64,000 bases of DNA, from the NCBI GenBank assembly GCA_965240325.2, contig OZ251232.1, positions 62,001 through 126,000 on the forward strand, written 5' to 3'. The notes under the pieces are model-generated. The model was given only the letters and a program-made list of their open reading frames with translations, was not told the origin of the DNA and made no database searches. This DNA is from Rebecca billardiae RCC1528. Lineage: Eukaryota > Protista > Haptophyta. This document shows, piece by piece, positions 24,474-36,533 of the stretch. Within the stretch, counting starts at the first letter, position 1, and every line of letters begins with the position of its first letter. The translations under genes and the position numbers were made by a program.

Positions 24474-26350
24474 GCACGGCGCGGGCGCGGCGGACGGCGC
24501 GGAGGGCGGCGCGGAGGGCGGCGCGGAGGGCGGCGTGGGTGCCGGCGCGCTCGTCGCGGCGCAGGCGCGGCTGCTGCTCCTCCCGCTCGCCGCCGCGCAC
24601 GCGCGCGTCGGCGCGGGCGGCGGGCTGTGCGCGCGCGGCGCGCACACACTGCGGCGCGCGCTGCGCGCGGCCGTGGCCACCTGGCGGCTGCTGCAGGAGC
24701 GGGCGGCGGAGCTCGAGGCGGCGGAGGGCGCGGAGTTCGCGACGCGGCACTCGGGCGCGCGCGCGCGCGACGAGGCCGAGGCCGCGCGCGCGGGCGGCGC
24801 CGCCGTGCGCGCCGACGACGACGACGGCGCGGCCGTATTTGCGGGCGGCGCGGCCGAGGCGGCGGCGGCGGCCGAGGCGGCGGCGAGGGCGGCGGCCGCG
24901 GCGGGCGATGACGCGGCCGCCGAGTCCTGGCAGCTCGCCGCGCTGTTCCCGGACTACTCGGCCGAGCTGGCCGCGGGCGCGCCGCTGCCGCACGCGCCGG
25001 GCGCGGCCGCGCTGCTCGCCGCCGAGCACGCCGCGGCGGGCGGCGCCGACGGCGCCGACGGCGCGGCCGCGCCGCCGCCGCCGCCGCCGCCGCCGGCCGC
25101 CGCGGTCGCGAGCGCCGCGCGCGCGCGCCGCCTCGCCGCCGGCTGCGTGCTCGGCGCGCTGCAGGCGTCGCACGCCGCGGTGTTCGAGGCGCTGGGCGGC
25201 GCGCGCGCGGGCGGGCGCGGCGGCCGTGCGCGCGCGCTCGGCGCGCCCGGCCTCGCCGACGGCTGCGGCCACGAGCGCGCCATCACGATTGGTCAGCTGC
25301 TGCTGCTGCTGCCGCGCACGGCCGCGGCGCCGGCCGGCGGCGCGGCCGGCGCCGCGGCCGGCGGCGCGCTGGGTCGGGCGCCCTCCGCCGCGGCGGCGCG
25401 CGCCGAGGTGTCGCGCCGCGCGGGCCTCGCGTGCGCGTACGCGTGCGCCGCCGAGCTCTGCCACGCGCTCGACGGCGCAGCGGCTGCGCGCGGCGGCGGC
25501 GGCGGCGGCGGCGGGCTGGGCGGCGGGCTGGGCGGCGGGCTGGGCGCGTGCGCGGCCGTGTGCGCGCTCGCGCGCGCAGACGACGTGGACGGCGGCGGCG
25601 GCTCGTCCGAGGAGGAGGAGGAGGAGGATGATGAGGCGGCGTCGGGCTTCGAGCCGACGCCCCGCCCGCCGCCCCGCGGCGCGGCGTGCGCGCCCGCCGC
25701 GCTCGCGCACCTCGCCGCGTGCGCGCGCACGCGCGGCGCGCTGTGCGGCCGACTGCCGCCCGAGCTGGCGGGCGGCGCGGCGCGCGGCAGCGCGGAGGGG
25801 CTCGCGCTGCTCGCGGCGGCGGGCGCCGCGCCGCCCGCCGACCCGTTCCGCGCGCCGAGCGCGCTCGAGGCGCAGCGCGCGCGCGCCCCCCTCCTCGCCG
25901 CCGCCGCGCGCTGCGCCGCGCTGCTCGCGCAGCACCCAGCCCACCCGACGCTGAGCCAGGCGCGCGCGCTGTGCGGCCGCGTGCTCGGCTTCGAGCTGCT
26001 GAGCACGCCGCTGGCGAAGCTGGCGTGCGGCGTGGAGATGGTGGCGGGGTGGCTCGAGGCGTGGGACGCGGACGCGCCCGCCGCGCTGCGCGCCGCCGCC
26101 GAGGGCGCCGCGCTGCGCGCCCTCGTCCTGCGCTGGCGCCGCCTCGAGCTGCGCGCGTGGCCGCAGCTGCTCGGCGCGCGCCGCGCGGCGCACGAGCAGG
26201 AGGCGCGCGCGCGCTGGTGGGTGCGCGTGCACGCGGCGGTGGAGGAGGCGCTGGCGCACGCGGGCGGCGAGGCGGGCGCCGACTCCGACTCGGAGGACGA
26301 CGACGACGACGACGGCGACGACAACGACGACGACGCCATGCGCGACGACG

Positions 26351-26383
<33 letters not shown>

Positions 26384-26959
26384 CGGCCGCGCGCCAAGTC
26401 GGCGCCTCTCTCTACGCGACGACGTACGCGCTGCTGGCCACGGCGGACGGCGGCGCGCTCGGCGTGCTCGTGGGCATCGCGCGCCAGTTCGCCACGCAGA
26501 TGGACGTCGAGGCCGCCGCCGCCGCCGAGGCCGCGGCGCGCGCGCGCGGCGCGCGCCGCGCGCCACGCGCCGCCGCGCGCCGGCGGCGGCACGCGGTCGC
26601 GGCCGCGTGCGCGCGCGGCCTCTGGGCGGCGCACGACGCGCACGCGCCGCTGGTGGGCGTGGCGGAGGCGCGGCTCGCGCGGCTGCGCGCGCCGCTCGAG
26701 GCCACGCTGCGCGAGCGCGCCGCCGTCGCCGGCTGGTCCTCGCACAACGTCGCGGCCGTGCGCGACGCGTCCGCGCGCGCGCGCCGCGAGCTCAACAAGT
26801 GTGCGCGCGGCTGGGAGGCGGCGCTGCGCACGCCGCTGCCGACGCTGCTCGGGCTGGGCGGCGCGGCGGGCGGCGGGCGGGCGGAGGCGGCGGCGGCGGC
26901 GGCGGGCCTGCCCGTCGAGCTGCGCGCGCCCAAGCCCTCGCCGCGCCCCGCGCGGCTCG

Positions 26960-26999
<40 letters not shown>

Positions 27000-29021
27000 G
27001 GCGGGCGGCGGCGCGCGCCGCGGCGGGCGCGCGCGCAAGGGAGGCCGCGCCAAGGCGGGCGCGGCGCCGGCGGGCGAGGGGCTGAGCGCGCTGCAGCTGC
27101 TCGCCGCCGACGCCGCCGCCGGCTGGCGCGCCGACGCCGCCGCCGCCGACCCGGCGGGCGGCGCGGCCGCGGCCGCGCGCCGCGTGCCGCGCGCGGCGCT
27201 GCGCGCGCTCGGCGCCGCGCGCGCCGCCGCCGACGCGGCCGCCGCCGCCGCGGGCGCGCCGCCGGCGCGGCGGCAGCTCGAGCGCGCGCCCGAGCCGCTC
27301 GCGCGGCGCGTGTGCGAGCTGCTCGCGCGCGCGGCGCTCGGCGCGCACCCCGCGCGCCACCACCCGCCCCCCGCCGCCGCCGCCGCGGGCTGGGTGCGCG
27401 CGCGCGCGGCGAGGCTGGCGCTCGCGCGCGGCCTCGCCGCGCACGCGCGCGCGGCCGCGCGCGCGCTCGCCGCGCCCGCGCCGCGGCGCGCGCGGCCGCG
27501 CAAGGCGATGCTGCTGCGCGAGCTGCTCGGCACGCTGCGCGACGCGGGCGTGCCCGCCCTCGCCGCCGACGCCCTCCCCGAGCAGGCCGACTTCGCCGCG
27601 CTCGCCGCCTCGACGCCGCACGCGGCGGCGCAGCGCGGCGGCGCGCTCGCGGACGCGCTGTGCGGCCTCGGCGCGCACCCCGCGCACGCGGCCGCGCTGC
27701 AGCGCGCGTGGGACGGCGCGGACGCGGCGCTGAGCGCGGCGCTGCGGCACGTGGACCGCGTGCGCCACGCCGCGCGCGCCGGGCGGCACGCCGGCCTCTC
27801 CGCGCGCGACGCCTCCCGCGGCGTCGGGCTGGTCGAAGGGCTGCTGGGCAGTGCGCTGCGAGGGCGCGGCGCGCTGTGCGGCGCGGCCGACGCGTGCGCG
27901 GCGGCGGGGGCGCAGCTGGCGCACGGGCTGGGCGTGCGCTTCGGCGCGGGCGGCGCGGGCGCCGCCGCGCACCTGCTCGGCGCCGCGGCGGCGCGCGCGG
28001 ACACGCGCCTCGTGCCGCAGCGCGCGCTGCGCGCCGCGCTCGCGGACGGCCGCGCCGCGCTCATCGCCGGCGCGCACGCGTGCCTGGACGCGCGCGCTCT
28101 GCTGGACGAGTGCTGCGCGGCGCAGGCGCAGGCGGGCGCGGGCGGCGGCGGCGCGGCGGACGCCGAGGCGGCGGACGAGGCCGCGGGCGTCGGCACGGGC
28201 GTGCCGGCCGCGCTGCGCGCCGCGCGCGTGGACGGGGGCGCGCTGTGCGCCGCGCTCGGCCGCGCGGCCGCCACGCTGCTGGCGCATGCGGACGCGCTCG
28301 GCGCGGCGCAGCCCAGCGCGGAGTGCGCGCTGCTGCGCGCGCACACCGCCGGGCTGCTGCTCCTCCGCGCGCTCGACGCGTCCGACGCCGTGCTCCACGC
28401 CGCCGCGCAGCTGCTGCCGCCACCGCCGCTGCCGCCACCGCCGCGCGCGCGCGGCAGCGGCGCGGCCGCCGCCGACGCGGCCGCCGACGCCGACGGCGCC
28501 GACGCCGACGTGGCCGCGGCCGTGGCCGCGCTGGCCGCGGCGTCGGCGCCCGCGTCGGCGGCCGCGGCCGCGGCCGCCGAGCCGGCGCTCGCGCCCGCGC
28601 GCCGCGCGCTCGCGCACACGCGCGCCGCGGCGCGCGCGATCCGCGCGCGCGCCGCCGACCTCGTCGAGCCTGCGCTCGCGGCGCGCGGCAGCGCGGACGC
28701 GGACGCGGACGCGGGCGCGGAGGAGGCGGGCGGCGCGGCGGGCGGGAGCGCCGCGCTCGCCGAGATCGCCGCGCGCGCGGAGGCGACGGTGAGCGCGCTG
28801 ATGCTCGCCACGCAGGCGACGCGCGCGCGCTGGGCCGACGCGCCCGCCGACGCGCACGCGGGCGGCGCGGACGCTTCCGGCGACGCGCTGGCCGCGGCCG
28901 CGCGAGTGCTCGCCGCCGCCGGCGCCGACGACGCCGACGACGACGGCGGCGGCGAGGCGGGCGAGGGGCAGGGCGCGGACGCGCCCGGCGCGGCCACGGC
29001 CGCCGAGGCGGGCGCGCCCGC

Positions 29022-29056
<35 letters not shown>

Positions 29057-32000
29057 GCGCGTCTGCGGACGCGCTGCGCGCCGCGGCCGCCGACCTGCGC
29101 TGCGCGCGCGTCGGCGCCGAGTGCGCCGCGCTCGCCGCGGCGGCGCTCGGCAGCGGCGGCGGCGGCGGCGCGCGCTCGGTGCGCGGCGCGCTCGGCGGGC
29201 TGCTGCGCGCGTGCGCCGCGCCCGCCGCCACGTCGGACGAGGCCGCCGCGCGCGCGGCGCCGGCGCTGCTCGACGCGCTCGCGCCCGCGCTGTGCGCGCA
29301 CGGCCGCGCGCACGCGCTGGGCGTGGTCGCGCTGCTCGAGCACCACGCGGCGACGCTGGAGCTGCTGCTCGCGGTGGCGCCCGCGGTGGCGGAGGCGCTG
29401 TCGGACGGGCTGCGCTGCGCGGACGAGGAGCAGGACGACGCCGACGCCGGCGGCGCCGAGCAGCCCGGCGGCGGCGGCCCTCTCGAGTCGGGCGTGGGCA
29501 TGGGCGAGGGCCAGGGCGCCACCGACGTGACCGAGCAGATTGAGTCGGCGCAGCAGCTCGAGGGGCTGCGGGACGAGCCGGGCGCGGCGCAGCAGCGCGA
29601 CGAGGAGGAGCAGGGGCCCAAGCCGCCGCCGGGCGGCGACGAGCCCCGCAAGCCCGGCTTCGAGATGGACGACGACTTCGAGGGCGGCGAGCTGGAGGCG
29701 GTGCCCGAGGCGCAGCAGCAGCAGCAGCGCGGGGGCGAGGGCGAGGACGAGGAGGAGGAGGAGACGCAGCCGCCCGCGGAGCGCATCACGCACAACGCGG
29801 AGGAGGAGGCGGGCGCGGAGGTGCTCGACGAGAAGCTGTGGGACGGGCAGGACGACGACGACGACGGCGACGACGGCGCTGACGGCGCGCCCAAGCCGCC
29901 CCCCGCCGTGCAGGACGGGCCGGGCGTCGCGCCCCAGCTGGGCGCGGACAGGCTGGACGCAGCGCCGCACGAGGCGCAGCGCACGGACGCGGACAAGGAC
30001 GGCGCGGACGAGCAGACGCAGCCGCAGCAGCCGCCGGACAAGGCGCGCCCGGACGGCAAGCCGCCGCCCGACGAGCCCGCAGGCGCAGAGGGCGAGGCCT
30101 CGGGCTCGGAGCCGGACGAGGCCGAGGAGGCGGCCGAGGAGGCGGGCGGCGCCGACGGAGCGGAGGGCGAGGGCGGCGCCGCGCAGCCAGCGCGCGTCGA
30201 GCCCAGCACGCGCATGCCGCCGCGCGCGCCCGACGCGCCCGACGACGACGGCGACGCGGCGGCGGGCGCGCCGGGCGCGGATGCCGAGGCCGAGCTGCCC
30301 GACGCGGACGCGCTCGGCCAGCTCGACGATGGCTCCGACGCCGACGGCGCCGACGACGCGGAGCCGCCGCCGCCCGACCCGTCCGAAGCCGCGCCGCCAG
30401 AGCGCGCGGACGGCGCGCGCGCGGCGGAGGCGGAGGAGGAGGAGGGCGCGAGGCCCTTCCCCACGCAGCCGCGCGCGCGCGACGAGCGCGGAGACGCGGA
30501 GGAGGGGGCGGACGAGGAGGAGGGCGGCGAGGACGCCGAGGCTGAGGGCGAGGGCGCCGAGGCGGAGGCCATGGACGTCGACGACGACGGCGGCGCCGCC
30601 GCCGAGGGCGCGGCGCGCGACGCGCCGCCCGGCGCCGCGCCCGGCGCGGACGGCGCGGACGCGGACGCGGACGCGGACGCCGCCGATGACGCGGACGCCG
30701 CCGATGACGCCGCCGACGACGGTGATGACGGTGGCGGCGGCACGGTGGATGGCGCGGCGGACGCGGCGGCAGCGCCCGGCACCGAGGCCGCCGCGGCCGA
30801 GGGTGCACACGCCGAGCTCGACGGCGCAGCCGCGGAGCGCGAGGCCGCGCCACTCAACGACGGCGCGGCCGCGCGCGGCGCCGCGGCCGCGCAGCACGCC
30901 GCGCCGCCCGCCGCGGCGGCGGGCGCGGACGCGGCCGCGCCGGCCGCGGCCGAGCGCGCCGGCGGCGCGGCCGGCGGCGAGGCGGCCGCCGCGCACGGCG
31001 CGCCCGCGGCCGAGGGCGAGGACGAGGCGGCGCGCGCGCCGCCGCGCGCGCGCGCCGCCTCGGCCGTGCCGCCCGCAGCGGTGGACGGCAGGCGCGGCGC
31101 GGACGCGGGCGCGGCCGCCGCCGACGCGGACGCGGCGGCCGGCGCGGACGAGGCGGAGGCGGCGGCGGCGGCGGTGGTGGCCACGGCGGCGGAGGGCACG
31201 GGCGGCGGCAGCTACGCCGACGCGCCGCCCTCCTCCGCGCCGCCCGGCGCGCACCGCGCGCCGCCGCCCTGCCCGCCGCCGCGCGCCGCCGCCGCGGGCC
31301 GCTCGCTGGGCGACGCGCGCCGCTTCTGGCGGCAGCGGCTGGACATGCTCGCGCAGGCGGACGCGGAGGCGGAGGCGGGCGCGGAGGCGGAGGCGGAGGC
31401 GGAGGCGCCGCCGCGCGGCGCGGAGGCCGAGCCGCCGCACGACGACCCCGCCTCCGCCGCCGCGGGCGCGCACGCGTTTGCCGCGCCGCACGAGGCGGCG
31501 GCCAGGCAGCTGCTGGCCGACGCCACCGCCGAGCAGAGCGCGCAGCAGAGCCAGGCGGCGGCGGACGCGGCGGCGCGCGCTGCCGAGGAGGAGGAGGAGG
31601 GCGGCGCGGGCGGCGGGGCGGAGCCGGCCGGCGGCGCGGCCGGCGCGCCGGCCGCCGAGGCCGACGGCGCTGACGGCGCGCTCGCCGAGAGCGCGCCCGC
31701 CGCCGCCGCGGCCGAGGGCGGCGGCGCGGACGGCGGCCGCGCGGCGCGCACGCACACGCGCGCGCAGCTCGGCGCCGCGCCCGCCGCGCCGCGCGGCGGC
31801 GGCGCGGCGGGCGCGCGCGACGTGGGCGCGCCGGGCGCGGACGAGGCGGCGGGCGGCGCGGAGGCGGACGCGCCGGCGCCCGACGACGCCGACGCCGACG
31901 CCGAGTCCCTGCTCGGCGCGCTCGCGCGGCGCGCGGAGGAGGCGGCGGCGGGCGCGCGCGCGCGCGGCGGCGCGGGCGACGACGACGACGGCGACGGCGG

Positions 32001-33614
32001 CGTCGGTGGCGGCGGCGCGCTGGCGGATGCGGAGGCGCGGGCGGGCGCGCCCGCGGCGGGAGAGGAGGAGGATGCCGAGGGCGCGGACGAGGCGGCGCCA
32101 TCGTCGGCGGCCGAGGTGCGCCGCGCCGCGCCCCCGTCAGCGCGCGCGCGCCGCTGGCTTTCGCACCGCACCGCCGCACCGCCGCGCGGCGCGCGCCGCG
32201 GCGCGCCGGCGCGCGCTCACGCGCGCGCGCCCTCGCGCGCGCGCGGCGCCGCGCAGGCGGCCGCCGCGCTGCTCACCGACGAGGCGCGCGCCGAGGCGGT
32301 CCGCGCGGCGCTCGCCGAGCAGCTCGGCTCGGAGCGCGCCTCCCCCGCCTCCGCCGCCGCCAGCGCGCGCGGCGAGGCCCTGCTCCGCTCGCTCGAGCGC
32401 GTGGCCGCGCCGCTCTCGCGCGAGCTGTGTGAGGCGCTGCGGCTGGTGCTCGAGCCGACGCACGCGACGCGGCTGCGGGGGGACTACCGCACGGGGAAGC
32501 GGCTCAACATGCGCAAGGTGCGCGCGCGCGCGTCCGCCGGCCCGGCGCGCCGCCGCAGCACAGCGCGCCGCCGCCGCCGCCGCCGCCTCACCGCGCGCGC
32601 GCTGTGTGCGCGCGCTGTGTGCGCGCGCGGTGTGCGCGCCGTGTGCGTGCCGTGCCGCAGGTGGTGCCGTACATCGCGTCGGGGTACCGGCGCGACAAGA
32701 TCTGGCTGCGGCGCACGCGCCCCTCCGCGCGGCGGTACTCCGTCCTCCTCGCCGTCGACGACTCCGCCTCGATGGCGCACACGGGCGCGGCCGCGCTCGC
32801 GCTCGAGTCTGTGGCTGTGATCATGGGCGCGCTGCAGCAGCTCGAGGTGGGCAGTGTGGGCGTGCTGGCGTTCGGGGAGGGGGCGAGCCTGCTGCACTCG
32901 CCGGACGAGCCGCTCTCGGACGCGGCGACGCACGCGGTCCTCGGCCGCTTCACCTTCCGCGCGCAGCACACCTCGATGGCCGCCACGCTCGAGGCGGCGG
33001 TGCAGCTGCTGCTCGCGCAGCGCGCGCGCGCGCACGCGCCGGGCGGCTCTGGCGCGGAGCAGCTGCAGCTTCTGATTGTCATCTCGGACGGCCGGCGCAC
33101 GCCGACGTGGGGCGAGCCGGGCGCGCTCGTGCAGCTCGCGGCCGCGCAGGGCGTGCGCGTCGTCTTCCTCATCCTCGACAACCCGCCGCCGCCCGCCGCG
33201 GCGCAGCAGCCGCAGCCGCAGCAGCAGCCGCAGCAGCAGCCGCGCGCGCCGGGCGCGACGCCGACGCCGCCGAGCGGCGGCGCGGCCGGCGCGCGCGGCG
33301 AGCGCGAGGCGGGCGAGGCGGGCGAGGCGGGCGCGGCGGCGGCGGCGGCGCCGCTACGCGGCGCGCGCGGCGCAGCCGCCGCGCGCGCCGCGCGCGAGGC
33401 CGCGGGCGGCGGCGGCGGCGGCTCGCACGAGGGCAGCATCACGCAGCTGCAGTCTGTGTCCTACCCGAACGGGGTGCTCACGATCACGCGCTGGATCGAC
33501 CGCTTCCCCTTCCCGTACTACGTGCTGCTGCGCGACGTGCACGCGCTGCCGCACACGCTCGCCGACACCGTGCGCCAGTGGGTCGAGCTGCACGCCGCGT
33601 CGCAAGGCCGCTAG
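10015..33614 (+). CDS. MDN1: Midasin (Rea1) AAA+ ATPase with C-terminal MIDAS/VWA domain (exons 10015-32115, 32257-32517, 32661-33614; ~7,770 aa)
   Basis: Six Walker A motifs (GPPGCGKS, GESGCGKT, GPTAAGKT, GETGCGKT, GSPGVGKT, GPPGSGKT). Signature segments RINNHEHTDLAEYVG, TQNP..YGGRKPLSRAF, MNPGGDYGKRELSPALRNRF, GGGRKGLPKSLLNRF, GMGEGQG. Acidic D/E region, then LRGDYRTGKRLNMRK-VVPYIASGYRRDKIWLRRT and MIDAS DDSASM...ISDG. The first intron (141 nt, in frame) is inferred from its splice signals. Confidence 0.97.
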
Positions 33615-33964
33615 CCGAGCAATGAGGGCCAGCCGGCCTACAGGCCGCTGGTCCGCCATCGTTCTGTCCGTGAAGGCTCGCAGGGATCTGCGCGCGGATC
33701 TCGCGAGGGCACGTGCCAGCAAGGTCAGAAGCAAGCGTTTACCCCCATACGGCTATCCCGCTTTCCATAGCAGGCCATCATCGGCCGGGTATTATTGCTC
33801 GCGATAGGAGATAGGATCGCTCGGAAGGGGCGACTCGCAACTTCCGCCCGACCGACGCGCATTACGCGCGCGCGCGCGGCGGCAACTCCCAGGCGCCTCC
33901 ATTTCTGCCCTCGCGTCGTCGGCCGCCCGGCGCGCGCGCGCTGCCCACCCGCGCTGCGCCGACG

Positions 33965-35857
33965 ATGGGGCACGACCGCGCCGCGGAGGCGCTGATGCTC
34001 GAGAAGCTCCCGCTCGTCTTCTCGGACAACGACCACATGTCCGAGGTCGACTGGCTCTACTTTGCGCTGTGGATCCTGGTGGACTCGCTCAACATGCTGA
34101 TGAGCGTCAACATCTGCCGGAGCATCCTGCACCGCGCGGTGGAGGCGCGCTCGCGGCAGCGCTGGGTGGGCTCGCTCGCGCTCGAGCGCGTCGCCGTCGT
34201 CGTGCCGTGCTACCTGCCCAACGAGAAGGCCATCATCTTCGAGACGATCGAGCACATCACGTCGAGGCTCGACTACGGCGGCGAGCTCGTGCTGCACGTC
34301 GTGTACAACACGCCGCGGCCGATGGAGCAGGTGGAGGCGCGGCTCGCCGCGCTGCACGGCACGACGCACGGCGCGATGCGCCGCCGCGTCTTCGTGCACA
34401 AGGTCGACGGCTCCTCCTCCAAGGCGGAGAACCTCAACCACGTGATCGGCGTCGTGCTCGACCCGGCGGTCGAGCGGTTCGTCGCCATCTTCGACGCGGA
34501 CCACCACCCGGACGCGGCGTGCCTCACGACGCTGATGGCGTTCCTGCTGCAGCACGAGGTCGACTGCGTGCAGGGCTCCACCTACATCCGCAACCGCGCG
34601 TGGGCCGCCCACGCCTCGCGCCGCTGGGGCGTGCCCGCGCAGCTGCTCGCGTGGCTGCTCGCCAACTTCATAGACGCAGAGTTCTTCATCACCTACTTCG
34701 TGTGGATGCCGGCGATCGAGCTGATCGGGCGCACGGGCTTCTTCGGCGGCTCGGTGGCGCTCTGGAGGTACGACTCGCTCGCGCTCTACACCTTCTCCAC
34801 GCAGATGCAGACCGAGGACATCGACGCGTCCGTGAGCGCGCGGCCGGCCGCGCGAGACCGCGCGAGACATCGCGAGCGCGCGCGACCGGCGCGCGCCGGA
34901 GCGCGCGCTCGCACGCCGCCGCGCGAGCCTTGCTCACGTGCGCGCGGCGCACGCCTCCCCCCCCCCCCCCCCCTCCCCCTCCTTGGCGCAGGCGCGCGCG
35001 GTGCTCGGGCGGCAGAAGATCCGCTTCTGTCCCGAGGCCCGCTCGGGCGAGCTCTCGCCCGCCAACCTGCGCGCCTTCTGGCGGCAGCGGCAGCGCTGGG
35101 CGATCGGCTGGGACCAGGTCTCGCTGCGCTACCTGCGCGCGATCTCGCAGTCGCAGCTGTCGTGCCGGCAGAAGGCGGGGCTGTACTACGTCTTCCCGGG
35201 CAGATGGGTCGCCTGCACGTGCGCGCGCGCCGCGCCGCGCGCGCGCCGCGCCGCGCGCGCGGCGCGCGCTCACGCGCGCGCGCCCACGCGCGCCGCGCGC
35301 CCCGCCGCAGCATCGGCCTGGTGGCGGGCATCGTGCACCCGATCATCGCGTACGTGTACCGCGGGTACCCGTGGGGCCCGTGGCTCAACGGCGCGCTCCT
35401 CTTCGGCTTCTTCTTCTACGCGCTCTCCACGCTGATGATGCTGTCCCAGACGGTGTACCACCGCGAGCTGCAGGCGTGGCCCTTCATCGTCGCCTTCTAC
35501 TTTGCGGGCCCCGCGTACGTGCTCTGGCAGTTTGTGCTCGTGGTGCAGAGCATGGTGCGCATCCTGGTGGGCAGGGACTCGGGCTGGGTCGTCACGCAGC
35601 GCGCCGCCGCCGGGCCCGGCGCCGCCCCCGCCAAGTCCTCGCTCGTCGTGCACGCGGGCAACGGCGAGCTCGAGACGCCCAAGAGCCCCGAGCAGCGCGC
35701 GCGCGCAGACTCTGCGGTCGACATGATCGACATCTCGCTGTACCACTACTACGCGCCAGACCGCACCGACTCGGTGCCGGTCGGGCTCGACCAGCTCGGC
35801 GGGCAGAACGGCGCCGCCGAGACCAACGGCTCGGGCCGGTACCAGCGCATGCTATGA
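33965..35857 (+). CDS. Processive GT2 glycosyltransferase, cellulose-synthase-like (exons 33965-34831, 34992-35218, 35311-35857; ~546 aa)
   Basis: KAENLN, DADH, TED and QRQRW (D,D,D,QxxRW). QxxRW appears only after splicing two GT..AG introns. One N-terminal and several C-terminal TM segments. Confidence 0.9.
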   Translation: MGHDRAAEALMLEKLPLVFSDNDHMSEVDWLYFALWILVDSLNMLMSVNICRSILHRAVEARSRQRWVGSLALERVAVVVPCYLPNEKAIIFETIEHITSRLDYGGELVLHVVYNTPRPMEQVEARLAALHGTTHGAMRRRVFVHKVDGSSSKAENLNHVIGVVLDPAVERFVAIFDADHHPDAACLTTLMAFLLQHEVDCVQGSTYIRNRAWAAHASRRWGVPAQLLAWLLANFIDAEFFITYFVWMPAIELIGRTGFFGGSVALWRYDSLALYTFSTQMQTEDIDASVSARPAARDRARHRERARPARAGARARTPPREPCSRARGARLPPPPPLPLLGAGARGARAAEDPLLSRGPLGRALARQPARLLAAAAALGDRLGPGLAALPARDLAVAAVVPAEGGAVLRLPGQMGRLHVRARRAARAPRRARGARSRARAHARRAPRRSIGLVAGIVHPIIAYVYRGYPWGPWLNGALLFGFFFYALSTLMMLSQTVYHRELQAWPFIVAFYFAGPAYVLWQFVLVVQSMVRILVGRDSGWVVTQRAAAGPGAAPAKSSLVVHAGNGELETPKSPEQRARADSAVDMIDISLYHYYAPDRTDSVPVGLDQLGGQNGAAETNGSGRYQRML

Positions 35858-36533
35858 TGCCGGCGGGCGAGGGAGGCCGCGCGGGGGCGCGCGGTCGGTC
35901 GCGCGGCGGCGCGGTGCGGCGCCAAGCTGGCTGCCCGCTGCTGCGCGCGCGCGCGCACGCAGGCCCATTCTATTCTCACCGCACCCGCGATCAGCCTTGG
36001 AGCTCGGCATGGTGATGGTGGCCATCGTGCGGATGGCACGGCGTGCAGCTGCGGCCCACCCGGGCATCGACCGTCGTCGGCGACGTCGCCGCTATGGCGC
36101 ATGACGACAGAGCAGCGGCCGCGCGTCCGGCCGCTTACGCGACGAGCGCTTCGCGCGCAGGCGGCGAGCCATCGACTGATTCACTCACGGATGGTCGTAG
36201 TACGCGTGTTAATTATTCTCGCTGCTGCTGGGCGCTGGCGCCTGCGCGTATATATATGTACGACTATTCTACTACAGGTACTACGTGCGATCAGTACTAC
36301 TACAGTAGTCAAGTAAGCTTGATTGATAGCATAAGCATATATATCTGAGCGGCGCGCGTCATGTCATCGCTTATAATAATTGCCGCTTGAGCCTTATTGA
36401 CCCGTCGTTGACCGAGACCGCCGATCCTCGAGTCAGGCACTGACTCAGTCTCACTCTCAGTCGTCATCAGGATTATACATCGTCAGGCCGATCGAGTTGC
36501 GGCGGCCAAGGCGGCCGGCGCATTGGCGATTGG

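Noticed and set aside
9124-33625. Very long antisense or alternate-frame ORFs over midasin (e.g. 17167..24171, 24184..31755, 29540..33625)
   Set aside because: Arg/Ala/Pro-rich shadow ORFs expected from stop-codon scarcity at this GC content; no domains recognised.
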